DNA from: Vicugna vicugna
Taxonomy: Eukaryota
Assembly: GCA_013265495.1 (NCBI GenBank)
Contig: MU057880.1
Location: 248,001-312,000 of the forward strand
Length of the DNA stretch: 64,000 nt
Direction of reading: 5' to 3'
Shown: positions 1 to 13,500 of the stretch, piece after piece
Numbering within the stretch: the first letter of the stretch is position 1
How the letters are laid out: the number at the start of each line of letters is the position of its first letter
Translations under genes and position numbers: made by a program
Notes under the pieces: generated by a model
Seen by the model: only the letters and a program-made list of their open reading frames with translations
Told to the model about the DNA's origin: nothing
Database searches by the model: none

Positions 1-821
1 TAAAGCTGAAGAAATGTTCACAGCTATTATTCATGTCAGCACTTTTCTCTTTAAATTTCCATTGAAATGAAGAAAATTTAGAATTAAAGCAAAGGGAAGA
101 GAAAGCATTTTAAAATCTTTTCTGCCCCTTTCTTATAGTAAACATATTAAATTTGAGAAAAGGTAGCAGGTTACAGTCAAGGTATATATTTCACTGTTAG
201 GAATTTGAAGCAACTAAAGTAACTTTAGTTAGTAATTTAGTCATTATTAAGGTAACTTTAATTAATAGTCATGTTTTTATCTTTCTAAAGATTTTGCCAC
301 ATGACATTTTTAGAAATGACTGCACAAGGTAGAAATTATTTGTAAAATATGGCAGAGTCGGTGTCCACAAACCACACTTTAAATGGAACACAAGGTATCA
401 TGTATAATTCATCTCCTTCACACTGTAGTGAACTTGGCAGTAACCTCAGTTGAAGCTTACAGATACAGACTTATATTAAGTTTCCGAAGGAAAAGTCTGC
501 AGTTACTTTTTCCATTCTATAAGGTTTTCTAAATTTGAAATATTCTAAAATGTTTGAGATATTATGTATCAGCATATCTTTAGACTTCTTTCTATTCCTA
601 AAGCAATCCAGATTATTATCAACGAATTATTACCACCATTACAAGAAGCAAAAATATTTGGTATTTCTAAAGTTCAATATTATTTTCTTTTTGAGACTTT
701 AATATGTCTTATTTTTTCAGACCACAAAGCAGATAAATTGATATGTGAAGAAAGAACTGGAAAAAAAAAAAGCAAGTCCTTGTGATTATTATAAGTAATA
801 AATTCTACTTATAAAAGTCCA

Positions 822-1357
822 GTGGTTGTGATAAAAATATGTCCACAACTTTTCAAATATTTCTCCCTTTAAGAGATGGGATTTAACTCTTTTCCCCTTG
901 AGTGGAACATGGCAGAAGTGATGTATCATTTCTGATATTAGGTTATGAAAAGGTTGTAGCTTCCCTTTAAAGTATCAAAAAAAAAAAATCTCTTTCTTAG
1001 AAATTCAGCTGTGATGTATTGAGACCACTCAGGCAGTTTCAGAGAGCTCCACATGGTGAGGAACTGAGATTTCCAGCCGACAGACAGCAAAGAACTAAAA
1101 GCTGCCAACAAGCAAGAGAGTGAGCCTGGAAGTAGATCCCACTCACCCTCATCCCCAGTCAAGCTTTCAGATGACAGCAGCCCTTTCCAATTGTTGGCTG
1201 TAACTTAAAGGCAAAACCTGAGCCAGAACCTTCCAACTACTGATAACTCTGACTTTAAAATTCCTGACTCACAAAAACTACAGGATAACAAATATTTGCT
1301 CTTTTAAGCTGCTGAATTTGGGAGTAATCGGTTATGCAGAGATAGATAATTAATGCA
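822..1357 (+). mobile_element. MaLR solo LTR, MLT1F/G-like
   Basis: Motifs ccacatggtgaggaactgag and ccccagtcaagctttcagatgacagcagccc, and the 3' end ttttaagctgctgaatttgggagtaatcggttatgcagagatagataattaatgca, resemble the MLT1 consensus (recalled). Confidence 0.8.
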
Positions 1358-1979
1358 TGCCCTAAATCATAGTATGGGTTAAAGAGAGCAGACATCCCAT
1401 TTGTACTTCCCCAACAGCCCTTGCTTTGTGGAATCACTCCCTTCCTGCCCTAAATAATCCTCCACAATTCATGACATTCCTGGTATGACTTGACTTTTAC
1501 TCCCTCCCTGGCAAGGAGGCCCAGACCAGCCCAGCAAATCAGAGTATGCAATGCCTTGAGCACAGTGACTGCTTCAGAGTGGAACGTTAAACTGCGCCAA
1601 TCAGAATTCCCTCAAATAACGTTACCAAAGTTCCTGGGGAAAGCTTCGCCCTTCCTCAGAGATCAGCATTTCAAGTTTCACATAAGATTAAAGCTGTCAG
1701 GTCATCTTTTCACTGCATGGAAAGAGGCTTTCTGAAAATTAAGCCAGCAGATACAAGAAAGCAAGCAAATATGAGACAGAAAGAGAGTGTGTTTTCATCC
1801 TACCTTTAAACCTAAATATACTATTATCTACCGTTTACCTCCGACTTAGATGAGCTTTTTTCCAAATTTCAGCTATTGCAGGAAGTTGAGTTGGCTGTCT
1901 GTTTCTCAATGAGTCTGAATGAGTCAACTGAATGAGTTCTAATAAATTTGACAAATTTTATGAACTCAAAATACACCTA

Positions 1980-4640
1980 AGACTTTTGCTTCTGGCCATG
2001 GTGAAGTTAACAGGAACAAGTTTTACCATCACCATAAAGAACTTCAACAAAATATGTGAAACCAGAGTTTTCAGACATTGGACGAAAGTCACCTCAGGGC
2101 AGTGATTCCTGAACAAAAGGAAACACATGATGTGAGGCCTTAAATTTCTCCAGCCTACTTGTCTGCAGAGTTCCTAGGTCTCAGCACAGAACAGTGGAAA
2201 CCAAACAGACCCTGGGAGTCTTCCTGAATTGAAGAGACAGAGTTGAAAATTTGGGGAGTCCAAAGAAGCTAGAGTTTCTAGGTCAGAGTAAGAAACAGGA
2301 GAGTGGTACAGAGAGAGAAGTCTGAAAACCTGCAAGGGATTTCTCTTGAGTCTTCCACTGAGTGCTTTTTAGCACTTGTATGTGAGGTTTGGTGAAGCAA
2401 TTCCAGAGATCACTGCAGGCTGGGATAATTCATCCTCCTAACAGCTGGAGTGCAGAAATCTCTTAATGCGTGAGACAACAGGTTACGTATTCAGAAAGGG
2501 ATTATCTCAATAGTGGAGCCAAATTAGCTCCAGGCTAAAGGCTACTATGCTGTTTTCAAGAAACTTAGATAAACCATAGAACAAATTTCAAAAAAATATG
2601 TGAAAGAATACAAAAATCTCAGAACCAGACAACATAAAATTCACTAAATCACCCTGATAATTTCATTTAACGTTGTACTGGCCATCCTAAGCAGTGCATT
2701 AAAGAAGGAAATAAAAAACACACAGATTGAAGAATAAAGAAAATTTGCACTTAACATGAACAACTATGTAAAATATCTTAAGGAATTTCCAAAAATCTAC
2801 TAGAATTAGTAACAGAGGTTAGCAAGGCTTGCAAAATCAGTATACACAGATCAATTACAGTTCTACAAACTGGTAACAAGCAATCAGAAATTTAAAACTT
2901 TAAACTATACCATTTATAATAGCATGAAAATTTTTTAATATTTAAAGATAAATTTGACAAACTATATGTAATACTTATACACTGAAAATTATAAAACATT
3001 GATGAGAAATTTTAAAGATGTAAAATGAAGAGGCATACCATTTTCAGGGGTCACACCAATTATTGTTATGATTTCATTCTTCCTAAATTGTTGTATAAAT
3101 TTAATGCAATCTCAAACAAAATCCCAGTGGGTTTTTAATAGAAACAGACCATCTGACTCTTTTCTATGCAAATGCACAAGACCTCAGAAAGCCAAAATGA
3201 TTTTTAAAAGCAAAGAACAAAGCTGGAGGATTTATGCTATCCAATTTTAAAATACATTACAAAACTGCATTAATCAAGAAAGTGTGATATTGACATAAAG
3301 ATAGACATGTAATTCAATGCAACCAAATAGAGAGTCCAGAAATAGATTTACACACATATGGTCAATGGATTTTAACAGAAGTGCCAAGGCCACTCAATGG
3401 GGAAATAATAATTCTTCCAACAAATTTTGCTAGAGCAATGGGATAACTTTATTTTAAAAAACAGAAGCCTTAATCATTCTCTGGACATCATATTTAAAAA
3501 AAAACTAATTATAGACTGAAATATAGGAGTTTAACCTATTACATTTCTAGGAGAACTCCTAGGGAAAAAGCCTTAGTAACCGTGGGTTGGCAACGATGCT
3601 TTAAATAGCATACAAAAAGACATTAACGAAAACAATCAATAAATCAGACTTAATTTAAATTTAAAAGGTTTATTCTTCATACGATATTGTTAAGAAAATA
3701 TAGGAGCAATCCACAGACTTGGAGACAATATTTGCAAAACATACATCCAATAAAGGACTTGTATGTAGGACATGTAAGTTCTTACAATTCAATAAGAAGA
3801 CTAGGAGTGAACAAGATAAGCAAAAGGTTTGGACAGACACTTGACCAAAGATATACAGATATTAATTCACACATGATAAAATGCTCGGCTTCTTTATTCT
3901 TTAAAAGGAAAACAAATGAAACCACACTGAGATACCACTACGTACCCACTGGAAGGATTAAAATTAGAAAGACTGAGGATAGCAAGTGTCAGCAAGAACA
4001 CGGAGAAACTGGGGCTCTCATGCCTGCTTTGACAATGTAAAATGATTTAGCCACTCTGGAAAACTGTGCATATTTCCTTCAAAAAGTTAAACATCCTTCT
4101 ACCATTTGATCCAGCCATTCTGCTCCTAGGTTTTTACACAAATGAATGAAAGCTTATGTTACACAAAGATTTGTACATAACGGATCTTAGAACTTTTATT
4201 TCTAATAGCCTCAAACCAGAAACAATTCAAAAGGCCACCAAAGAGAAATGAGCAGACAGATGAATGTATCCACACGATGAAATATTGTTTGGCAATGAAA
4301 AGAAATAAACTATTGATATGCACCACATCTGTGAATCTCGAAACGATTATGCTGAGTGAAAGAAGCCAAAGTAGAGGGCATACTGACTCCTTTGATATAA
4401 AACTCAAATAAAGTGCTAGCTAATCTATGTTGACAGAAAGCGGGCCAGGGGTTGCCTTAGGGTTAGTGGAGTGTTGGTGGAGGGGCATCACACAGGCACA
4501 GGGAAACCTTGCGAGGATGACAGATACATTCAATGTCTTAGTTACGATGATGGTTTCACAAGTGTCAAAATTCATTAAGTTTTATACTTTTTGATATGAA
4601 CTGTTTATTGTATGTCAATTATCCCTCAACTAACCCATGA
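1980..4640 (+). mobile_element. Old decayed L1 (L1MC/L1MD-like): 5' piece joined to the ORF2 C-terminus and 3' UTR
   Basis: ORF2-like remnants (ORF 3687-4040 ...TTLRYHYVPTGRIKIRKTEDSKC) and a typical L1M 3' end tttattgtatgtcaattatccctcaac. Confidence 0.85.
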
Positions 4641-5120
4641 AAATGCCCTTTTTATTCCTGACTGAGACTGAAATGTTCTATCTATAAGAATACATAAACT
4701 CATTTTACCAAGAACTAGTACAGGAAGTAGACGGCAGAATCTTAGTGACAAAAACACTCCTCCCTGCGCATTTCAACCTGCAGGGCACTTTTTACCCATG
4801 TGAAGACTTCAGGCTATCATGATTAATGATTACATTCAGAGCTAAAAATGGCCTGCAGCTCTGAATTTTGTCTTAATGTTTGCATATTCCCACTGATCTT
4901 GAAACATTTGGCGCAAATAATATATTCCTGGTAACTGCTTTTGTTGTCTATATAATTGAGAAGTAGCTGACTATTTGAAGCTAAGAATATTTTTCTCACA
5001 CCTGATCGTTTTCACACAGTATACAGTTGACAGATCCTCTGTTGAAGTTATCGATAAATGTTCCTGACTCATAAATGGAGCTAAAATAGACTACAAGATG
5101 GTAACTTCCTCGTCCCTCAC

Positions 5121-5155
5121 CCACCTCACGCTCTTTCCGTGAAGCAAGAACTGTT
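5121..5155 (-). other. Candidate 35-nt non-coding micro-exon
   Basis: Minus strand reads ttttttgtttttcAG|aacagttcttgcttcacggaaagagcgtgaggtgg|GTGAGG; an alternative donor lies 4 nt earlier. Motif evidence only. Confidence 0.3.
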
Positions 5156-5249
5156 CTGAAAAACAAAAAATCTCAAATGAGAAAGTAAACAAGCCTATCT
5201 CACCGAAGTATTCCCTAGATAAGGGTGGGGCTGAGTTTCTAAGAAGAGC

Positions 5250-5300
5250 ACGTACATGCACGCACGCAAACACACATGCACACGCACACACACACACACA
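5250..5300. repeat. Imperfect (CA)n/(CACG)n microsatellite
   Basis: acgtacatgcacgcacgcaaacacacatgcacacgcacacacacacacaca. Confidence 0.85.
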
Positions 5301-5985
5301 ACTGTATCTTGGAAATAGCCAAAGGAGAGTGAAGTGGCCAAAATCAGTAAAATGAACAGGTAAAGAGTGGAATGAATTAGAGGACCATGAAACAAGTCAG
5401 AGGAATAAAATAACATATGAGGCATGGATGAAGTTCAAATAAAGAAAAGAGTACAGAACTTAAGAACAAGAACTAAGTGTATGAATCCCACAATCATTTT
5501 TGTCACTAATATTTTCATCTTCATGGATATGTTGGCATTATGGCTTTTGGGATACGAAGGAATGTATGGTAGCCATTGAAAAGTAAGTTTTAAAATATCC
5601 AGATATTTTATATTACCATATACAATTTTACACCAAAAAAAGGAAAAAAACTTTGGTTATAATATATGTGTCTTGTAGACAAGGTTTAAGGCTGTGCTCG
5701 GTTAAGGCCAAGAATCACACAGTAATAGTAATGTGTATGAACCCACTTTCAGCCAACATCCTACTGCTCTGCTCTGCCAACAGTCCCCTAAAGTGACAAA
5801 GAGATGGAAGAAATGGCTCACTGAGAAGCAGGCAGGTTATGTGACAAGAACAGAATGCTGACTAACAACAGCAATGCTTCCTAATCTAAAGAAAAATAAC
5901 CATGTATCTATTCCTAATTCCCCATGTTCATTCCTGACTGACTAAAATGAGCATTTAGTGTATGAATTTTTTTTTACTCTAAGAA

Positions 5986-6050
5986 TTTTTTTATTGACAT
6001 CTAGCTGATTTACAATGTTGTGTAAATTTCTGGTTTAGAGGAAAGTGATT

Positions 6051-6104
<54 letters not shown>

Positions 6105-6966
6105 CACACACACACACAATTTTTTAGATTCTTTTCCATTATATGTTCTTATAAGATACTGAATATAGTTACTTGTGCTATACAGTAGGTCCTTGTTGTT
6201 TACCTGTTTTATATACAATAATGTATATATGTTAATCCCACACTCCTAATTTATCCCTCCCCCCCCAACCCCTTTCCCTTTTGGTAACTATAGGTTATTT
6301 TCTATGTCTGTGAGTCTATTTTTGATTTGTAAATAAGTTCATTTGTATCTTTTTTTTTAGATTCCACATATAAGTGATATCACACAATACTTGTCTTTAT
6401 CTGACTGACTTCACTTAATATGATAATCTCTAGGTCCAGCCATGTTGCTACAAATTGCATTATTTTTATGGCTAAGTAATATTCCATTGTATGTATGTAC
6501 CACATATTCTTTTTTAATTGAAATATAGTCAGTTACAATGTGTCGATTTCTGGTGTACAGCATAATGTACACCAGACGCATATACATACATATATACCAC
6601 AATTTCTTTATCCAGTCATCTTTCAATGGACATTTAGGTTGCTTCCATGTCTTGGCTACTGTAAATAGTGCTGCTATGAACATTGGGGTGCATGTATCTT
6701 TTTGAGTTAGAGTTTTCTCTGCATATATGCCCAGGAGTAGGATTGCTGGATCATATGGTAAGTCTACTTTTAGTTTTTTAAGTAACCTCCATACTGTCCT
6801 CCATAGTGGCTGCATGAAACTACATTCCCACCAACAGTGTAGGAGGGTTCCCTTTTCTCCACAACCTCTCCAGTATTTATCATTTGTGGCTGTTTTAATA
6901 TTGGCCTTTCTGACCGGTGTGAGGTGTAGTTTGATTTGCATTTCTCTAATAATTTGTGATGTTGAA
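5986..6966 (-). mobile_element. 5'-truncated L1 (ORF2 C-terminus and 3' UTR), cetartiodactyl type, with a second short L1 tail nested at ~6508-6595
   Basis: ORF 6411-6971 translates to the L1 ORF2 C-terminus ([15 protein letters not shown]...[12 protein letters not shown]...[23 protein letters not shown]); poly-T at the left end. The nested tail is flanked by taccacatattctt / taccacaatttctt. Confidence 0.93.
6053..6118. repeat. (GATA)13 followed by (CA)7 compound microsatellite
   Basis: Read directly at 6053-6104 and 6105-6118. Confidence 0.95.
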
Positions 6967-7245
6967 ATCACTTTTAAGCCTGCCGATGACCAGACTCATG
7001 CCAGGTCTGCTTAGCTGAAACAGTTTTCAGAATAAGGAGCAATTCCTTGCCTTAGTAGATCTGATCTCTCTTGAGAAAGGGAGAAAGACTGTTAATAAGT
7101 GTCCCACATCCAACACATGTTCACACATATACACACATTCTCAGCGGGGTTCAATATATTTTAAAAATCACTAAAACTCAGAGATTAAAACATTTTCAGA
7201 AAAGAAGCTCTTCATTGGAATGTGTATAGCTCAGCTTGTTGCTCA

Positions 7246-7340
7246 TTTTTTTTTTCTTTTTAATGGAGGTGCTGGGGACTGAACCCAGGACGATGGTGCA
7301 TGCTAAGCACGTGCTCTACCACTGAGCTATACCCTTCCTG
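7246..7340 (-). mobile_element. Camelid tRNA-Ala-derived SINE (vic-1-like)
   Basis: Reverse complement gggtatagctcagtggtagagcacgtgcttagcatgcacc...cctgggttcagtccccagcacctcc plus poly-A; flanking duplication gctcattttt. Confidence 0.88.
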
Positions 7341-7369
7341 CCATAGCTCATTTTAGAAAACATTAAGTA

Positions 7370-7605
7370 ACCTTTACTGAGCACTGAGCGTGTGCCAAGC
7401 ACAGTTCCAGATGCTTCATTCCATCTCATTTAGTCTTTGTCAAAACTCTCCATGAAGAGCTATTATTATCATCCTCCACTTTGTGGAAGTGAAAATGAGG
7501 CACAGAAAAATGAAATAGGATGCTCAGAATCAGAGAAGCTGGAAAACACTACAGCTTACGTTGAAACCCTGGGGATCGGACTCCAGAACCCAACTCTAAA
7601 TGCTG
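7370..7605 (-). mobile_element. MIR SINE
   Basis: tttactgagcac...gtgccaagcac...tattattatcatcctccactttgtggaagtgaaaatgaggcacagaaa resembles the MIR core. Confidence 0.7.
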
Positions 7606-9637
7606 GATAGCATCCCCTCTGATAGGACAAGTGAGGGTGACTGACGTTTTCAAAAGCCCCAAAGACCATCAAGTGTTCTTAACCCAGGTCAGTTGCTTTG
7701 GCTTTAAAACACAAAGTTAAAATCAAACGCTGCAGGATTATTTTGTCAAATCAAACTTGGATCCACGAAGGAGTGAAAGCCCCTCACGATGGGGAGCCTG
7801 GGAACTTCCCAAGGGAAGGTCACCCTAGGGGTACAGAAGCGTCAGGAGCTACAGCCAACCTGGCAGGCCGGCTCTCCTGAAGCATCGGCGCTGTCTGAAG
7901 TCTTCGGCTGTGATCACGGCAACCCCGGCGCTCCTGCTGCGACACACCTGCTTTCCATCATGACAGGACCATCTCCGCCCAGCTAGGAGCTGTGTATTTC
8001 TGCAAATAGTGATTTCAGCAAAATGGTTCGTCTCCAGGTTGTAACACGGCTTTTCAGGTGGGTCAGTTTAAGCTATTTCCCGACTGTTCTTTAGGAAGAA
8101 AAGAAGAGAGGAAGAACAGGAAAAAGGAATACTTTTAAAATGACAAAAATGGGATTTACTCTTATTTTTCCAAGACCTAAATAAAGCTCAATCTGAGCAT
8201 AAGTGTTTCTGTTCTTTCATTTAACCAAACTATTTTTTTAACTGAAACTTTTTATATGTATTTTTAAAATATAACCAAACTACTTTTATCACTTATGTTA
8301 AGTCAGGGACAAATTAAAGTATTTTATCATTTAAAAATAAATAAATAAAAAGCTTTTACACCTCCCAGGGCAATGATTTGAGTAAATATGAGAACCTGCC
8401 ATTTAGTTATTTACAAAGCAGATTCCAGGGTCCCCCCTCCTTGAAGATCATGACTCCTTATGTAGAGTGGAGCATGCATAATAACCAATTTGGACTTTGG
8501 GATGGCTTTCTATGACAATCCACATTTTAATAACTATTTTCTCACTTTTAGTTATTAGTGCTTCAGTATTATTACTCTCCCTCGAAGTTAATCTGTTTCC
8601 CTGTGACATAGGATACAAACACATGGGCACACACATGAATACGTCATTGTTCAAAAGCCAGGGATGCAATTATGATGCTTTCCTGCTTTCCCACTTCAAA
8701 GAGATGCTTTCTGTACCTCATCGTGCTCTGCTGTGGGATATCTGAACAGCATCTACTAGTAGGCAGAGAGCTCAGATTGGCCCATGTGGCTGTGGAGGGC
8801 TTTCCGAACAGCCTTGACAGACGCCATGTTGTAGAGAAAAAGATGATGGAGACCCAGATACAGGGTGTGTGTTGGGGGTGGGGGGGACAGACTGAAATTT
8901 GTGACTCTTATCCATAAAGGAGAGAAGGGATGTAAGAGAGACCAGGGAGGGGTGGGGGAGCCTGCCTTTGATTGAGAGCGACCCTCACAGTAAGGCAGGA
9001 GAGCTTAGAAGTAAAAAGTACACACACAGGATTCTGTGATCTTCAGGAACATTTGTCATCTTATGTGTCTTTTATGTACAAACATACCAGAATTTCTGGA
9101 GTAGTAAAAATGATCTCCCAATCTCATCCAATCCATGACATAACCCTTGCTCAAGCCAACCACTTATAAATGTTTATGTCTCTGCTATTGATAACTTCCT
9201 TTCTCTTTTCACATCTTTGGCCCTTCGTCCTTTCTGAACACAGTCATTAGCATTTATTTTATTTTTACCCCTAACTCTAAGCCAAAGTATTTTCTAGTAA
9301 GAGTTCTCTCTTTCCAACCAGATTATAAGCTCTCTGATAGCAGAAAACCCACCCCGCTTGTGTATTTAAGCATACTTAATACAGTGCCTTGTGTATTAGT
9401 TGAACACATCAAATAATTTATTTTTTTGAAATCCATTCATAACATGCCACCCAGAGGCCATCTGGCCTCCTCTGTTGCATGGAGGTAGAAGTTCGAGCAT
9501 CCTTCAACCTGATCAAAGCACAGCTTCACTGACTCCTCAGAAACTTCTAGCACAACAAGCGCACACAGTTGTGGAATTTCAGCCCTTCACTGAAGATTGC
9601 AAAAATGCAGGAGAGCAAAAGAGACAGCATCACATCC

Positions 9638-10070
9638 ATGATGGCTGTTTTATGTGTCAAGTTAACTGGGCCACAGGGTGCCCAAGTATTGGTTAAACAT
9701 TGTCCACGTATGTCCATGAGGGGGTCTGGATGAGATGAACATTTGACTTGTAGACTGAGGACAGCAGATTGTCCTCTGGCATGAAGATGGGCCTCATCCA
9801 ATCTGTTCAAGAACTTACTGAATCGAAAGCTGAAAAGAAGATTTCTTTCTCACTGCCTGACTGTCTTCAAGCTGGGACGTTGGTCTCTTCCTGACTTTGG
9901 ACTCAGACCCAGACTGAGGTTTATACCATTGGCTCTTCTGGTTCTCAGGCCCTGAGAGTCGGACGGACACTCCACCATCAGCTCCCTGGGTCTCCAGCTT
10001 GCTTACTGCAGCTAGGACTTCTCAGCCTACACGGTCCCATGAGCCAATTCCTCACAGTAAATCTCTCTTT
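9638..10070 (+). mobile_element. ERVL solo LTR, MLT2B/D-like
   Basis: ttttatgtgtcaagttaactgggccacagggtgccca...gggcctcatccaatctgtt...catgagccaattcctcacagtaaatctc. Confidence 0.85.
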
Positions 10071-10094
10071 CCTGCCTCCACTACAAGAGGCCAT

Positions 10095-10280
10095 CAGAGA
10101 CGGCAGACACGGACTTTGGCTCTGGATTACCTGGATACTCACCTGACTCCACCACCTGTAGGAGCAACCCTGAGTAAGTTACTTAACCTGCCAATTTCCT
10201 CATCAGGAAAATGGGAATATTAATTGTACTTCCCTCACAGAGTCAGTGTGAGTATTAAGTGAATTAAAAGTGCCTAGCAC
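10095..10280 (+). mobile_element. MIR SINE, interrupted at its 3' end by an L1 tail
   Basis: ccctgagtaagttacttaacctg...tttcctcatcaggaaaatgggaata MIR core. Confidence 0.75.
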
Positions 10281-10465
10281 TAAACTACCATATATAAAAT
10301 AGATAAACAACAAGGACCTACTCTATAGCACAGGGAACTAGATTTGATGGCTTGTAATAACCTATAATGAAAAAGAGTATGTATATATACATATAACTGA
10401 ATCAGTATGCTGTGCACTAGAAATTAACACAACATTGTAAATCAACAGCACTTCAATTTTTTAAA
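10281..10465 (+). mobile_element. Short 5'-truncated L1 3' tail
   Basis: tataaaatagataaacaacaaggacctactctatagcacagggaac...cacaacattgtaaatcaac; flanks aaaagtgcctag / aaaaggtgcctaa. Confidence 0.88.
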
Positions 10466-11601
10466 AGGTGCCTAACTCTTAGGAAGCACCATATGAGTAT
10501 AAACTAATATGCATATATAGCCAAACTAAGAACCACTTTCAAAGAGGCCATAATAATATTACTTTTACCCCTACTATTCCTTTAAAAATCCAAATTTTAG
10601 GGAAAAAATGTTATTTACCTTTTTTCTCTCCTTTTCTTGAGCTATGTAAAGCATTTTCTTTCTACAACAATTTCTCCATCCATTCATTTTCTCTAACAGG
10701 CACTTGCCCCTGACTTACCCTAAGCTGCTCACTGGCTGGGAAGAAATCTTTCCATCTATTATGAATAATTTTCCTTTTAATAAAAAGAAGTTATAAAAAT
10801 TTGCTTCATTTTCTTTTCCAACTTACTGCTTAAAAGAAAATAAATTGCCAGCCTCATAAGATGCCTTTTTAAAGACAAAAGTTTATTTTCACAAGAAAGA
10901 AAGTTATACATTAAGCACACCACACACTCAAATCATTCACTGAAAGGATAAAATCACTCACCAAAAATAACTCATATCTAGTAACTTGATTACCAATATC
11001 TCGTGTTATATTTTTAAGTCTACCTTTAATAAAAGCTTTAGTCACATGAATTTTAGGAAAAAAGAATTTTATTCTAAGCTCCTACTTAACTCTCTTTTTT
11101 GGTCCAAATGATTTGTGTAATATTTTTGCCTCTGTTCTTTGCTATACATGCCCCCTTTAAAAGTCCCTCTATCACCTCTCTACTAATGAAATGCTCTTTT
11201 AGGCATTAACCAATGGCCTTGCAGCTAGAAATCAAGCTGTTTTCTCCATTTTTATTTATGTTGTTTACTGGGGTCCCCTTTATCTCATCTCATGACAGCT
11301 CCTAGCCCTCCGCCACCATTACCAAAGCTTCCATTCTAGCACTTAAGCCATTTCTTTGTGTCCGCTTCTTCAGAAAGATAACACATTATCAACACTTTAA
11401 CATCCCCCCATGCTGAATGACCCTCAGCTCCACATACCACCAGGGCCATTTCTTCACTTGAATATCAATCACCATCTCAAATCCCAAATGTCCAAGCTCA
11501 GTGAGGTCCCTCACCCAAAGCACACCCCTCTCCTCTCCCCTCCTCCCACTGGTGCCATCTTTCTTTGACCTGATCTTCAAATCTAAGAAAACCATCATTA
11601 T

Positions 11602-12128
11602 CGTCAAAGCAAAAATTGCACTAGACAAAATTAAACAAGCAGGGAAGACTTTATAGGAAATAGAGGTCAAAAGTCAGTCTGAACTTGACTCTGCTGAATC
11701 CAAGGGTGAGAGGGTTTTTAAGCCCTGGCGTGAGCTTGTAGAAAAGTATGTTACCGGAGGGCGTTAGGAAGAAATTATAGGTCAGATTTATCTTCCAACT
11801 GACTTGATTCCAAAGCAAATTAAACCTCTCGTCTCTGTGTAACTTGGAACAAAGTCCCCACCCAAGTCAGGTACTGACTCTCCCATAGAGACCAGGAGAC
11901 AGGGCCGCTGGTGACATTTCAGAGTCTTTGAGAAAGCATTCCTGGGTTGTAAAACTGACAAGAGGCTGTTGAAAAGATTGATATCTCAAGGGAGCAGAGA
12001 AAGAATTTACAGTTATAAGTCTTCTACAGTAAACGCTGTAAGGAATGGGAGGTGGGGGACCTAGAGTCAGGAAGAAGCCCGTCCAAAGTTCAGTCACACT
12101 AAGGGTGACAGTAAGACGCTCTCGGTCA
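11602..12128 (-). mobile_element. ERV1-class solo LTR, MER67-like
   Basis: Reverse complement starts tgaccgagagcgtcttactgtcacccttagtgtgactgaactttggacgggcttcttcctgactctagg, resembling the recalled MER67 5' end. Confidence 0.7.
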
Positions 12129-12470
12129 CTGTCATCATCCACCAACAGTTACAGAGAGCTTGTCATGAACGTGGTCCTTGGTCAAGACATTTAGGTGGAT
12201 GATCTCTACATTTTCCATCCATCACCTGTATCACAGCACTTGCCACACACTATCCTATCAACTCCAGAGCTGGAAAAGAACTTACGTAAGTAGATAAGCT
12301 GTTATACCCTTACCATTGCAAGTACCTTAAGAATAAGCTTTTGGGATTATTAACTACCCAGCAATAGTTTAACTGTTTGAAAGAATAAAGTGTGAGCTAC
12401 AGAGACCGAGGGGATGTAAGACGTAATCCCTCCCATAAGTGCTTTCCGCCCTTGCAGCTGCTTATCTCAC

Positions 12471-12608
12471 CTGAGTCGCCAGCCTCGGAATTTAGCAGAA
12501 CTGTCCCTAGAGCTCCTTCGTGTGCTCGTGCAGACAGTGTTCCCAAGTATCAGACCACTTGGTGGAAAATTAACTATCTCCAATTGTGGAGCCTTCTTGA
12601 AAACTGAT
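12471..12608 (-). other. Candidate non-coding exon
   Basis: Strong donor ctCAG|GTGAGA at 12471/12470. A pyrimidine tract lies at ~12630-12670 on the minus strand, with possible acceptor AGs at 12610-12609 or 12605-12604; it could instead be a first exon. Confidence 0.4.
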
Positions 12609-12929
12609 CTTCATCAGTTAACGTCGGGATGAGGGGTAGAGGATGAAAAGCAGGAATGAAATGGGTAGGAGTTTAGACCTGGGCTGATGTGTCTGATAAA
12701 TTGGAGCTCCTCTAGGAAAAATAAGCTCTGAGAGAGAAAATGAGCTTATTCCTTAAGGAAGGAAACATTCCAGAATGAGCATCGTGCTGTGTTCAGGATA
12801 CGGGACACCCCTAGGGGATGCTTTGTCTAAGGGCTGGTCGTGAGAGGCAGTAGGCGCTTTCCTGCTGACCAGAGAGGGAGGAGAATGGCAGGGGTTAGTG
12901 GTCCAGGGGTGCTGAGCAGTGGGGCAGGC

Positions 12930-13205
12930 TGCCGTCTGCAGTGGATGAGAGCGGGTGGCCCAGAGCAAGTCGGCAGCAGCGGTGAGCGGTCCTGGAGGTC
13001 CGCCGCCCGGCAGAGCGAGCAGCCGTGTGGGCAGGGCCGGCAGGCTGCCGCGTGGAGGCGGTCCGCGCAGAGAGAGACCTCGGGGTCCAGCGGGCAGCAC
13101 AGCCGCCGGAATGCAGCCCTGCAGATTCCGGTTCCGAAACAAATGTGAAACCCTTCCTTCCTCCCGCGGGGCCCACCTCCCGCAGGAAAATCAAGTTACC
13201 GAGAT
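12930..13205. promoter_or_regulatory. Small CpG island, probable promoter
   Basis: About 26 CpG in ~270 bp by my count; GC-rich, no recognisable repeat, in a CpG-poor background; ETS-like CCGGAA cores near 13106-13131. Confidence 0.75.
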
Positions 13206-13500
13206 CCTCAGTTGATGGAACACAGACACCATTTGACAACACAGAGGAGGATGTATTTTTAGCATTTAGGGAGGCAGATTTCCTGGGAGGAACAGACTAA
13301 TTTCCTTCTCTTTCAAGAAAATGGAGCACAGGCCAACAAGATTTGAATATTACTGTACATGTGACACCTTTTTACTAGCTAGAAACTGAATCCAAGGATG
13401 TGAAATTTCGAGCCTAAATTATCAGCAGAATTGCTGCAGTTTTCAATTAAGAGACCTCAGCGTAGCTCCGGGCATGAGTTGTTCTCTAGCTGCGGAAGTA
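13200..13500 (-). other. Candidate first exon (5' boundary unknown)
   Basis: Donor-like TCG|GTAACT at 13200/13199 at the edge of the CpG island; ETS motif GCGGAAGT at 13492-13499; palindrome CCACGCGTGG at 13568-13577. Confidence 0.3.

Noticed and set aside
6411..6971. 186-aa ORF as a host gene
   Set aside because: It is the L1 ORF2 C-terminus within a truncated L1.
13200..13232. MVSVFHQLRIS resembling the ABCA12 N-terminus (MASLFHQLQIL)
   Set aside because: The following VWKNW motif is absent; an 11-residue partial resemblance is insufficient.
12753..13300. Five overlapping ORFs across the GC-rich patch
   Set aside because: Expected from stop-codon scarcity in a CpG island; no recognisable protein.
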